Origin: an uncultured Gammaproteobacteria bacterium
GTDB taxonomy: Bacteria > Patescibacteriota > Patescibacteriia > Patescibacteriales > WJLG01
DNA length: 64,000 nucleotides
Direction of reading: 5' to 3'
Assembly: GCA_964547855.1 (NCBI GenBank)
Contig: CAZJPG010000001.1
Span: 82,632-146,631, forward strand
Part shown: positions 9,145-18,039 of the stretch, piece after piece
How positions within the stretch are numbered: the stretch's first letter is position 1
How the letters are laid out: every line of letters begins with the position of its first letter
Position numbers and translations under genes: made by a program
Notes under the pieces: generated by a model
The model's input: only the letters and a program-made list of their open reading frames with translations
Databases searched by the model: none
What the model was told of the DNA's origin: nothing

Positions 9145-9996
9145 TTAATTGATATTAAAGAGTCGACAGGCATTGGCAGTGCTCGCCTCCGCTATCTTCT
9201 CTACATCGGTCTCGCGGATCTGTGCGATGCGCTCGGCAACATAAGCTACAAGCGCCGGCTCATTGCGATGACCTCTATATGGTTCTGGTGTCATGAATGG
9301 GCAATCGGTCTCGACCATGAACTTATCGATCGGCATCTTCCTGATCAAGTCATCCCATTGCCGTGAAAAAGTTATAATACCGGTGAACGATACCAGAAGA
9401 CCGAGTTGAAAATATTGCCAAGCCAAATTCTCGTCGCCAGAAAAACAATGTATGACGCCCCATTCCTTGCCATGAGGTATAAGGTCTCTATGTTCTTCTC
9501 GAAACTCCTTTAAGGTTTTAAGTAGATCATCATGTGCTACCCGACAATGAATTATGGCTGGCAGATCCAAATTCCTTGCTAAGAGCAATTGCTCGACCAA
9601 AACTTCCTTTTGTCTTTTTTTAGCCTTTACCAAGTCGGAATTCAACTTTAAGTGATAATAGTCCAGGCCTATTTCGCCAATAGCGACGACCTTTTCGAAA
9701 GAGGCTAACTTTTCATAACTATCATAATTAAATTCCTCTGCCCTAACCCTAGTGACCTCTCTACCATTCTCACCCTCCTCTGTCACATCCTCAAGGTGAG
9801 TCGGATGCAAGCCGACCGCGGCATAAACACCTCTTTCGTATTTATTTGCTAAATCCAAGGCTTTTTTCGACGTCTTATAATCGGTTCCGACCAAAATCAA
9901 ACCAGTGTCATTATTAAGAGAATTCAAAATGACCTCTTCGGCATCGTCGGAGAATTTTTTAAAATTCACATGGGCATGCGTATCGATCAAATACAT
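9145..9996 (-). CDS. tatD: TatD-family metal-dependent hydrolase/DNase
   Basis: 283 aa. MYLIDTHAHVNF, GEIGLDY, IHCR, and a C-terminal ETDCPFMTP motif set typical of TatD/YcfH. Confidence 0.88.
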   Translation of the reverse strand: MYLIDTHAHVNFKKFSDDAEEVILNSLNNDTGLILVGTDYKTSKKALDLANKYERGVYAAVGLHPTHLEDVTEEGENGREVTRVRAEEFNYDSYEKLASFEKVVAIGEIGLDYYHLKLNSDLVKAKKRQKEVLVEQLLLARNLDLPAIIHCRVAHDDLLKTLKEFREEHRDLIPHGKEWGVIHCFSGDENLAWQYFQLGLLVSFTGIITFSRQWDDLIRKMPIDKFMVETDCPFMTPEPYRGHRNEPALVAYVAERIAQIRETDVEKIAEASTANACRLFNIN

Positions 9997-10055
9997 AAAG
10001 ACATATTATCATTAAAGCAACATAACATCAAAAATACTTAACTTTAATTAGACAT

Positions 10056-10088
10056 AAAAAAAAGTCCAAGCCTTTAAGTGCCTGGACT
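10056..10088 (-). terminator. Rho-independent terminator after the small acidic ORF
   Basis: Minus strand: AGTCCAGGCacttaaagGCTTGGACTtttttttt (9-bp stem with one mismatch, followed by a T8 run). Confidence 0.6.
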
Positions 10089-10106
10089 TTTCAATGCTCT
10101 TGAAAA

Positions 10107-10325
10107 CTATTTTACTTCTTCTGAAGATTCAGTGGATGGTGTCTCAACTGAATCGGAAGCAACCTCTTCGTCACCGCCGGTCATGTCCTGAGCAGGAGCC
10201 TCGGGCATAGCTGGAGCAACAGATTCTTCGGTCGGAGCGGCAGGCGTAACTGGAGCAGCGGCCGGGGCGGCATTCTCCGTGGCAGCCTTATTGCCGCCAA
10301 ACAAACCCTTGAGCCAATTTAACAT
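10107..10325 (-). CDS. Small (72 aa) Ala/Pro/Glu-rich, probably disordered protein with an N-terminal amphipathic segment
   Basis: MLNWLKGLFGGNKAATENAAPAAAPVTPAAPTEE...SSEEVK. The ORF track starts at a GTG (10355), but ATG at 10325 is more plausible. Its own terminator lies downstream. Coding status is uncertain because of the low complexity. Confidence 0.4.
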   Translation of the reverse strand: MLNWLKGLFGGNKAATENAAPAAAPVTPAAPTEESVAPAMPEAPAQDMTGGDEEVASDSVETPSTESSEEVK

Positions 10326-10675
10326 ATTTTTTGTTATGTTGCCTTTGTCAGGCACTTCCTAAAAGAAAGCCCTCATAACGGCAACTTCTTTACTTTTGGC
10401 CTATCAGCCTTAAGTTATAATAATACCAATAAATCAGCTCAAAATCAATATTGACAAAAGACTCCGTTTTTATTGACCATAATTGACCATTTTATAGCAT
10501 TTTTATGGTTATAAAAATAAAAAATACTAATATTAGCTAAGAGGGATTGAATTTTTAAAAAAGATGGGTTATGATATTCATACAATTAAAGTTAAAAAAC
10601 CAAGAATTAAAAACATAAGGCTAAAAGCTATTTTTATTTTTTACTTTTAATTTTTCATTTTAAATTGTTTCTATT

Positions 10676-11962
10676 ATGTCAAAATACATAATCAATGGAC
10701 CAGCGAAACTACACGGAGAGATCGATGTCAAAGGGGCAAAAAATCACGCACTAAAAGTGATTCCAGCCGCCATACTATCTTCGGAAAAGATAACCATTAA
10801 AAATCTTCCTGACATAGAGGACGTCAAGCAGTCTTTATCTTTAATATCCGACCTTGGGGCCAAGATAGAAAAAAAAGACAACGGCGATGTCGTTATCGAT
10901 CCCAGTGAAGTGAACAAAACAGAATTGTCTCCATCCTTCGCCAATAAATTTCGCGCGTCGATAATGTTCGTCGCACCACTTCTCGCCCACTTCGGACACG
11001 TTCGTTTTCCTCATCCTGGTGGTTGCGTGATCGGCGCTGGCGAAAGACCGATCGATCTTTTTCTCGAAGGCTTCGCCGCTCTTGGTGCCGAAGTCGGCGT
11101 TGACAATGGATTCTATGACATAAAGACATCTGGCCGGCTATCTGGAGGTAATTTTTTCTTTCCAGTGGTCAGCGTCACAGCCACTGAATCTTTAATGATG
11201 GCAGCGGTCTTGTCCGACGGAAAGACCACTTTAAAAAATTGTGCCATGGAACCAGAGATCAAAGCTCTGGCCGACTACTTAAATGAGAACGGAGCTAAGA
11301 TATCAGGGGCTGGAACTCCCAATATGACAATAGAGGGAGTCGAGAAGATATCAGCTTCCGAGTGCCACGTAATACCAGACCGTATAGAAACTGGATCATT
11401 CATGTGCTTGGCCGCAGCCGCTCATTCGGAGATCACCATTAAAAAATGCGTCCCCGAACATGTCGAATCGCTTTTAGAAATATTCAAAAGATCGAACATC
11501 GGTTTTGAAGTAGGAACTGATTGGATCAAAATACTCGCCACTGAAAATTTTGAACCTTACAGTATAAAAACCCATGAATACCCAGGATTTCCCACGGATC
11601 TACAGTCTCCATACACAGTTTTAATGACACAAGCCAACGGCGCGTCGATAATTTTCGAAACGATCTACGACCGTCGCTTGATATACACCGACCTTCTGTC
11701 GCAGATGGGGGCGGATATAATAATGTGCGATCCTCATCGCGTCGTCGTCAATGGACCGTCGCCTCTTCATGGCCGCCGACTAACCAGCCCAGACCTTAGA
11801 GCGGGCATTGCCCTGATCATCGCCGCCATAGTCGCTAAAGGAAAGACCGAAATCGACAACATCTACCAAATAGAGCGCGGCTATGAAGATATAGTCGGTA
11901 GATTGTCGTCATTAGGAGCTGATATAAAAAGAGTCGAAGATTGCCCGACTTCTTGCGATTAA
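10676..11962 (+). CDS. murA: UDP-N-acetylglucosamine 1-carboxyvinyltransferase
   Basis: 428 aa, colinear with MurA: GAKNHALKVIPAA, catalytic-loop PGGCVIGAGERPIDL, PDRIETGSF, FPTDLQ, DLRAG, IERGYEDI. Confidence 0.95.
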   Translation: MSKYIINGPAKLHGEIDVKGAKNHALKVIPAAILSSEKITIKNLPDIEDVKQSLSLISDLGAKIEKKDNGDVVIDPSEVNKTELSPSFANKFRASIMFVAPLLAHFGHVRFPHPGGCVIGAGERPIDLFLEGFAALGAEVGVDNGFYDIKTSGRLSGGNFFFPVVSVTATESLMMAAVLSDGKTTLKNCAMEPEIKALADYLNENGAKISGAGTPNMTIEGVEKISASECHVIPDRIETGSFMCLAAAAHSEITIKKCVPEHVESLLEIFKRSNIGFEVGTDWIKILATENFEPYSIKTHEYPGFPTDLQSPYTVLMTQANGASIIFETIYDRRLIYTDLLSQMGADIIMCDPHRVVVNGPSPLHGRRLTSPDLRAGIALIIAAIVAKGKTEIDNIYQIERGYEDIVGRLSSLGADIKRVEDCPTSCD

Positions 11963-11963
11963 T

Positions 11964-13313
11964 ATGACAAAGATAAAAAGAAAGATATTATTTTTTATAT
12001 TCTTAACGGCCTTTTTCGTATTGACGCCGTATATTTTACTTTACGCCTCTGGCTACCAATTCGATTGGCGTCGGCCATTCTCGCCACTAATGATCCAAAA
12101 AACCGGTATGGCCATAGTCTACTCGGAACCGTCAGGCGCCAGCATTTATTTGAACGACAAGAAACAAAAAGACCTATCGCTGTCTTTAAATTTTGGCCAT
12201 GACAATTCCTTGAAGACCCCGGTAAAAATGAAAAATCTTCTTCCTGGCTCATACGACCTTAGAGTCGAACTTCCTGGGTATTGGCCCTGGACAAGACGAA
12301 TAACCATCCACCCTGGACAGATAACCCATGTTCTTGATATAAATCTTTTCCGCAAAGACTTGCCTGTTTTAATCGCTAAATCTTCTGTCGGTGACATATA
12401 CCCATCGCCAAACCATAAAAAAGCCTTACTTGAGAACGGAGATTTGATCGACCTTAAGACCGAATCCGTCGAAATGAAATTAGCCTCGTCAACCCCGGCA
12501 TCATGGTCGTCCGATGGAAACAGGATCATCGGCGGAGGCGAAGCTATCAATTTAAAAGACAGGACCAAGGACGTCTCACTCAAAAATGTCATTGGCCCCG
12601 ATATATCGAATCCAAAATGGCTATACGGAGACAGTGGGCAAATCGCCTATATCTATAACGAAGGTCTTAATCGTTTTGACTTAGACAAAAAGACTGATTA
12701 TGTGATCGATGACAATGAAGAGATATTAGACCATGCATCTCGCAATGGCGAAGTTGTCTATGTCGCGAAAAATGGCTTTTCGGCTAAATTGAAGATATAT
12801 TCTTTATCAGAAAAAAAGATCAGCCAAGAGATAGACTTGCCACCATCCGATGGTTATACTTTTCTAGACAACGGCAATAGTTTGGTAAACCTATACGATT
12901 CTAAATATAAAATATTATATTTGATCGATCCGTCATCTCAAATCACTCCTTTGGTCGAGATAGTCAATAACGCCAAATACTTCGAATGGTTCGACGACAA
13001 AACACTTTTCTTCGCCAATGATTCGGAAATATGGTTGCTAGACCTCAAAAGCGACTCTCGCCGCTTGCTGCTGAGATGGAGCGAGCCTTTAAAAGGCATA
13101 GTTAAAACTAAGAGCGACAACTACCTGCTCTTTCATACCGACAACAGTCTCAAAGTCTTAACATGGGATAAGGGCGATGAAAAATTACAAGTGACGGAAA
13201 TATTAAAACTAGAAAAGATTGCCTCTCCTTTCTTCTCAGAAAACGAAAACTCTATATATTTCTCCGGCAAGATCGGAAATCAGGAAGGTCTCTACAAATT
13301 GAATCTGAAATAA
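11964..13313 (+). CDS. Membrane-anchored PEGA-domain protein with a C-terminal beta-rich region
   Basis: N-terminal TM (ILFFIFLTAFFVLTPYILLYA). PEGA-like segment: SGASIYLNDKK...LLPGSYDLRVELPGYWPWTRRITIHPGQ. Start is 1 nt after the murA stop. Confidence 0.65.
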   Translation: MTKIKRKILFFIFLTAFFVLTPYILLYASGYQFDWRRPFSPLMIQKTGMAIVYSEPSGASIYLNDKKQKDLSLSLNFGHDNSLKTPVKMKNLLPGSYDLRVELPGYWPWTRRITIHPGQITHVLDINLFRKDLPVLIAKSSVGDIYPSPNHKKALLENGDLIDLKTESVEMKLASSTPASWSSDGNRIIGGGEAINLKDRTKDVSLKNVIGPDISNPKWLYGDSGQIAYIYNEGLNRFDLDKKTDYVIDDNEEILDHASRNGEVVYVAKNGFSAKLKIYSLSEKKISQEIDLPPSDGYTFLDNGNSLVNLYDSKYKILYLIDPSSQITPLVEIVNNAKYFEWFDDKTLFFANDSEIWLLDLKSDSRRLLLRWSEPLKGIVKTKSDNYLLFHTDNSLKVLTWDKGDEKLQVTEILKLEKIASPFFSENENSIYFSGKIGNQEGLYKLNLK

Positions 13314-13315
13314 AC

Positions 13316-13348
13316 AAAAAACCGCTGGCCGAATGGCTGGCGGTTTTT
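13316..13348. terminator. Bidirectional terminator between convergent genes
   Basis: aaaaaaCCGCTGGCCgaatGGCTGGCGGttttt: 9-bp stem (two G-U pairs) with an A-run upstream and a T-run downstream. Confidence 0.6.
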
Positions 13349-13367
13349 AGCTTTGAACTTGATATAT

Positions 13368-14231
13368 TTAACCGATCTCTTTTTTACAAAAATCCTTCAA
13401 CTTATCCTTTAGATCTTCTCGATCCAATGCATACTTTAAAGTCGCCTTTAAGTAATTCCACGGATCGCCGGTGGTCAACCACTCACCCTCCTCGACCTTC
13501 TTAGCATGGACCTCGCCTCCTTTTTCGATATACTTACCAATGGCATCGACGATCCATAGTTCGCCTCCTTTACCAAGAGGAGTCTTAGCTAGTTCATCGA
13601 TTATATTTTGATCCAACACCATGCGACCAAAGTCGGCTAAACGAGACGGAGCCTCTTCGATCGAAGGTTTCTCGATTATCCTCTTTATCCTATTCGACCC
13701 ATCTTCTAGCTCGGCGATACCGTAACGACTGACCTCCTCCAATGGAACCTCCTGAAAGGCCATAATAGGCTTGCCATCGCGCTCATAATCCTCGACCATC
13801 GACTTAGTAAATGATGTTTTTGACCTAACTAAGTCATCGCCAAAACAGAAAACGAACGGCTCATCCTTGACTAAATTGGCCGCAGAAAGTATCGGCACTC
13901 CATTGCCGTATTGCGGGCGCTGGCGAACATAGATAAAATTGGCTAAATTAGCGACCCTCTCTATTTCTTCGGCCAAAGAATCCTTGCCGGCTTTCTTGAG
14001 ATCGTAAAGCAAGGAAAGGTTATGATCGAAATGATCCTCTAAAGGCTTTTTATCCCACTTAGTCACCAATATTATATCAGTTATGCCGGCCTCGACTAAC
14101 TCCTCGACGACCAACTGAATTATTGGCTTGTCGATGATCGGTAACATTTCCTTAGGCATCGCCTTAGTTGCTGGCAAAAGACGTGTGCCAGAGCCAGCGA
14201 CGGCCACGATGGCCTTAGTTATTTTAGGCAT
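13368..14231 (-). CDS. galU: UTP--glucose-1-phosphate uridylyltransferase
   Basis: KAIVAVAGSGTRLLPATKAMPKEMLPIIDKPIIQ is the GalU N-terminal signature. 287 aa. Confidence 0.88.
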   Translation of the reverse strand: MPKITKAIVAVAGSGTRLLPATKAMPKEMLPIIDKPIIQLVVEELVEAGITDIILVTKWDKKPLEDHFDHNLSLLYDLKKAGKDSLAEEIERVANLANFIYVRQRPQYGNGVPILSAANLVKDEPFVFCFGDDLVRSKTSFTKSMVEDYERDGKPIMAFQEVPLEEVSRYGIAELEDGSNRIKRIIEKPSIEEAPSRLADFGRMVLDQNIIDELAKTPLGKGGELWIVDAIGKYIEKGGEVHAKKVEEGEWLTTGDPWNYLKATLKYALDREDLKDKLKDFCKKEIG

Positions 14232-14232
14232 A

Positions 14233-15018
14233 TTATCGACTTAAAAAATATTTAAACCAGGACTTAAGATGTTCCCTGGTCAATTTATCCGTCAAAGGAG
14301 CTATGTACCATGGCTTATCGGCGCTTTGTCTGGCATGGTCGTGAACCACTGCGGCTTCCGGCAAATAAATAACTTTCATTCCGTGTTTTTTCTTTATACG
14401 TCGGCAGAGATCGGTATCTTCGAAATACATAAAGTACTTCTCATCAAAAAGAAAACCATCCTTATCGGCGATCTCCCGCTTAATCATAAGACACGAGCCC
14501 ATCACCCAATCCACTTCCCTTACCTCTTTATGATCGTAGTCCTTCATTAAAAATTCATTCAAATGCTCTCCGGCTAAACCGCCGAAAAAAGTACGGCGCA
14601 ATATTGGGGTGTGAAATTTAGGGAAACGTAAACATGAATATTGCAAGGTTCCGTCACTATTCAAAAGCTTCGGCCCAACCAAACCAACGTCTTGGTGCGC
14701 ATCCAAATAAGCGACCATTTTTGGTATGGCATCGCTCTTTATCAAAGTATCTGGGTTTAATATCAATAGATATCTTCCGCTTGCCGACCTAACCCCAAGA
14801 TTGTTGCCGCCGCCCATGCCTAAATTCTTCTCACTAACGATAATCCTAACTTCAGGGAAAGCACTAGCTATGGCCTTGGCATCGCCATTACCAGAAGCAT
14901 TATCCACGACTATCGTCTCATGCAAAAAACCGCCCCAATCCGCATTTTTAAGCGAATCTAGGCACTTTAAAGTCTTTTCCAAGCTCTTAAAATTGACTAT
15001 TATTACACTAACATCCAT
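14233..15018 (-). CDS. Family 2 glycosyltransferase
   Basis: VSVIIVNFKS...VVDNASGNGD...LNPDT...FMYFEDTDLCRR is a GT-A/GT2 pattern with DxD-like and ED motifs. Confidence 0.85.
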   Translation of the reverse strand: MDVSVIIVNFKSLEKTLKCLDSLKNADWGGFLHETIVVDNASGNGDAKAIASAFPEVRIIVSEKNLGMGGGNNLGVRSASGRYLLILNPDTLIKSDAIPKMVAYLDAHQDVGLVGPKLLNSDGTLQYSCLRFPKFHTPILRRTFFGGLAGEHLNEFLMKDYDHKEVREVDWVMGSCLMIKREIADKDGFLFDEKYFMYFEDTDLCRRIKKKHGMKVIYLPEAAVVHDHARQSADKPWYIAPLTDKLTREHLKSWFKYFLSR

Positions 15019-15101
15019 ATCATTAAAAGGGCCTTACGGAGCCCTTACTTTAAGAATACTTCCTTGTTTTTCTAAAGTCAACCGAACGAACAATCGCAAA
15101 G

Positions 15102-15140
15102 TAAAAAAATAAAAAGACTGCCGATCATCTACGGCGGTCT
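15102..15140 (-). terminator. Rho-independent terminator after the 349-aa GT2 gene
   Basis: Minus strand: AGACCGCCGtagatgatCGGCAGTCTttttatttttttac: 9-bp stem then a T-rich run, 20 nt after the stop at 15161. Confidence 0.7.
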
Positions 15141-15160
15141 TTTTAAAACGCGATTTTTTC

Positions 15161-16210
15161 CTACAAGATCTTCTTAGCGATCGACCAATACGCCTCAAAA
15201 AACGGATTGGCGAATTTTCTCAATATGACATTGTCGACTTCCTGAGAAACGATCTGCCCGACCATAGAATCGGTTAAATCCTTATCAGGAACTCGGCGCA
15301 AAGTTTGAATGCGCTTTCTTTCAATCAAAAGCCGACGCCAAGAACCAGGACGCAAAAAATAAATATATGACCTTAGCTTCTCTTTAAACCAGCCGCGCAA
15401 AACAGCGAAGGCGATCTGCCCCATCTCCATGATAATCAGGGCCGGCAATATAGATAAAATAGTTGTCAGCTCGTAAAAAGAAAAAATAAAAATAAAACGG
15501 TTCCTTTCCATTAGGTATATCTTTTTAATACTGCGAGAAAACTCGAATTTATGGAAACAGACCGATTTCGGAACTAAGATAATGCGGTAACCCAAAAGCC
15601 TGACTTTCCACCCAACTTCGACATCGTCATGATACATAAAATAATCCTCGTTGTAGCCACCGATAGATTCAAAGACTTTCTTTTTTATAGCCAAACTACA
15701 ACCGCTGGCATAGCCTTTTATTTCTGGACACCCTTCGATCTCGCGATCCTCTTCCATGTAAGCCGAAGTGAACCCGAACCCCAGAAAATGCAATCTATTG
15801 CCCAAACTATTTATTCTAGCTTTATTACCATCTTCAGGATATACCAAGATCTTCGATTGGGCGATGCCGACCGACTCATCTCTTTCAAGTGCTCCGACCA
15901 ATTCCGAAAGCCAACGCTCGTCAAAGGCCGTGTCCATATTGGCGATAACTATCGTTTCGGCGCCATCGGCTATGGCCGCTTTAGCGCCAGCATTGTTGGC
16001 CGCGGAATAATTGCCATCGTCGCGGGAAATTATCGACGCTTCTGGATACATTTTCACCAAAAAATCGCGACTCTCCTGGCTCGAAGCGTTATCCACTATA
16101 TATACTTTAAAATCTTGGCGATCTTGAGAACGCAAAGAATCCCGACACTCGGACAAGAATTTCTTGGCATATTCTTTGTAGTTCACTAAAACTATTCCGA
16201 CTTTATTCAT
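15161..16210 (-). CDS. Family 2 glycosyltransferase with a C-terminal membrane segment
   Basis: VGIVLVNYKE...VDNASS...FMYHDDVEVGWK, plus a hydrophobic C-terminal stretch FIFIFSFYELTTILSILPALIIMEMGQIAFAVL. Confidence 0.85.
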   Translation of the reverse strand: MNKVGIVLVNYKEYAKKFLSECRDSLRSQDRQDFKVYIVDNASSQESRDFLVKMYPEASIISRDDGNYSAANNAGAKAAIADGAETIVIANMDTAFDERWLSELVGALERDESVGIAQSKILVYPEDGNKARINSLGNRLHFLGFGFTSAYMEEDREIEGCPEIKGYASGCSLAIKKKVFESIGGYNEDYFMYHDDVEVGWKVRLLGYRIILVPKSVCFHKFEFSRSIKKIYLMERNRFIFIFSFYELTTILSILPALIIMEMGQIAFAVLRGWFKEKLRSYIYFLRPGSWRRLLIERKRIQTLRRVPDKDLTDSMVGQIVSQEVDNVILRKFANPFFEAYWSIAKKIL

Positions 16211-16225
16211 TTCAAAATATTGTTC

Positions 16226-17113
16226 CTAAGTCTTACTCCTTCCCTTGATCCCTAGCACAGAGAAAAACTTAGTCAAGAAGAATCCGATCTCCCAGGCAAA
16301 ATTCAAAACTAAACCCTGCCAAGACGGATGCCATTTTTTAAAATAAGAGAGCATCGAAGCGCGAAAATACCTCTGTGTAGAAAGACGCGGCAACTGCACG
16401 AAACTTTGGCCTACGAAATCGACACAAGAAGAATCCGGTGTATACCAAACTTCCTCCTTGGCCTGTTTAGCGGAACGACAAAGATCGACCTCTTCGAACC
16501 ACAAAAAATACCGCTCATCCAAAACCTCGCCTTTATCCAATCTATCCTGACCGATAATCTTAAGCAAAGACGAACGACGGATGGCCATGAAACCGCCGCG
16601 AACCGAATCGACTTTCTGCGACTTTTCATAGTCAAAATCCTTTCTTAGATAACCGTCGAGCACGGCCGGAAAAATATGCGGCACCTTTAAAACCACCATT
16701 AGCTGATCAAAAAGCGTCGGAAATCTCCTGACATGGCGCAGAATTTCCCCTTTCTCATCAATTAATCGCGCACCAGCGATAGCCGCCTGCGGATTATTAT
16801 CTAGCCATTTTGCCAAGTCATCAAAAGTACTTTTATTCGGCAAGGTGTCAGGATTCAAAAGCAAGACATAACGGCCGACTGACTGACGAAAAGCCTGATT
16901 ATTGGCTTTGGCAAAGCCTAAATTATCTGAATTGGCGATCAGCTTAACTTGAGGAAAATCACGCTCGACCATTTCAGCCGTTCCATCAGCCGAATGATTA
17001 TCGACTACAAAAACCTCGAATTTAAATCCGGTCTTGCTCAAAAAAATACGAGATAGATTATCTTTCAATTTTTCTTTGACGTTCCAAGAGACTATTATTA
17101 TCGATAAATCCAT
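16226..17113 (-). CDS. Family 2 glycosyltransferase
   Basis: LSIIIVSWNVKE...VVDNHSADGT...LLNPDT...FLWFEEVDLCRS. Confidence 0.85.
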   Translation of the reverse strand: MDLSIIIVSWNVKEKLKDNLSRIFLSKTGFKFEVFVVDNHSADGTAEMVERDFPQVKLIANSDNLGFAKANNQAFRQSVGRYVLLLNPDTLPNKSTFDDLAKWLDNNPQAAIAGARLIDEKGEILRHVRRFPTLFDQLMVVLKVPHIFPAVLDGYLRKDFDYEKSQKVDSVRGGFMAIRRSSLLKIIGQDRLDKGEVLDERYFLWFEEVDLCRSAKQAKEEVWYTPDSSCVDFVGQSFVQLPRLSTQRYFRASMLSYFKKWHPSWQGLVLNFAWEIGFFLTKFFSVLGIKGRSKT

Positions 17114-17128
17114 TTGATATTACGAATA

Positions 17129-17770
17129 TTAATCCCCCTTTAAAACATGCCCTTTCCTCATGTGGCTATATATACCGATTAAAAATAGAGAGCCAAAGAC
17201 ATTGAGTAAGCTTACGACTATAAACAAAGCTTTAAATCCATACTCATTGGCCAAAAATCCGCCCAAAGAAGCGCAGGCCGCCATGGACAACCCCGAAGCC
17301 GTCTGGTATATCCCCCATTCATATCCTTCTCTTTGTTTGTCGATATGGCGCGTAAAGATCGCTAACCAAGTCGGCAAAGCGGCAGCAGAGAATAATCCAT
17401 ATAAAAATTGCACGGCATAAAGCTTTGTCGGCGTATCGCAAAAAATATAAAGTATCGGCACCAAAGCGAGCATTAAAGAGCTTACGAACATAAACCAAAA
17501 ATCATCGCGTTCTCCTTTGATCTTGTCTATCATCCAGCCAAACGGAATTTGCATCAAACTGCGAACGGTCAATAATATACCCTCGGCGATACCCACGACT
17601 TCCACCGAACCGCCGACTATTTGACCAGTGATGAAAACAGCGAAGATCGGACCAATGAAAGAGAACCCACCCATGATCATTATGTCCGACAAAGTTAAAA
17701 ATTTTATCACCGGATTCATCTTCTTGATGGCTCCGACTTCCTTAATGGTCTTGACTTGATTTTGGCTCAT
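17129..17770 (-). CDS. Six-TM membrane protein, MFS-like half-size transporter
   Basis: 213 aa with about 6 hydrophobic helices. An MFS-like loop (FGWMIDKIKGERD) sits between helices 2 and 3. No second half is adjacent. Confidence 0.5.
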   Translation of the reverse strand: MSQNQVKTIKEVGAIKKMNPVIKFLTLSDIMIMGGFSFIGPIFAVFITGQIVGGSVEVVGIAEGILLTVRSLMQIPFGWMIDKIKGERDDFWFMFVSSLMLALVPILYIFCDTPTKLYAVQFLYGLFSAAALPTWLAIFTRHIDKQREGYEWGIYQTASGLSMAACASLGGFLANEYGFKALFIVVSLLNVFGSLFLIGIYSHMRKGHVLKGD

Positions 17771-17771
17771 T

Positions 17772-18038
17772 TTATTTTTTGATCCTTATTAACTTAACAC
17801 GGTCGCCCGCGCCAGCCACCAGGGCCAAGGAGTCTTTAGGCACTCCGAATTCTTTAGCCAAAAAACGTAATAACTCGATATTGGCCTTGCCTCTTTCTGG
17901 TTGAGCGGCCACGGAAATCTTAATAGTCCCGTCGGCCATCACATCTTTAACCTCTGTCTTTGCGGCCCCAGGAATCGCCTTTATCTTAAGATAGACGCTG
18001 CCTTTTTCGTCCAACTCCACTCTCTCCTTAGAAAACAT
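17772..18038 (-). CDS. DUF167 (YggU-like) protein
   Basis: LKIKAIPGAAKTEV...ISVAAQPERGKANIELLRFLAKEFGVPK...AGAGDRVKLIRI matches the DUF167 pattern. I prefer ATG at 18038 (MFSKER...), 1 nt after the upstream stop, over the ORF-track start at 18134. Confidence 0.75.
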   Translation of the reverse strand: MFSKERVELDEKGSVYLKIKAIPGAAKTEVKDVMADGTIKISVAAQPERGKANIELLRFLAKEFGVPKDSLALVAGAGDRVKLIRIKK

Positions 18039-18039
18039 A

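Noticed and set aside
10449-10490. Direct repeats TATTGACAAA / TATTGACCAT / AATTGACCAT upstream of murA as an operator or promoter cluster
   Set aside because: The -35-like TTGAC(A/C) boxes are visible, but none has a convincing -10 box at 16-18 nt. The evidence is too weak to annotate.
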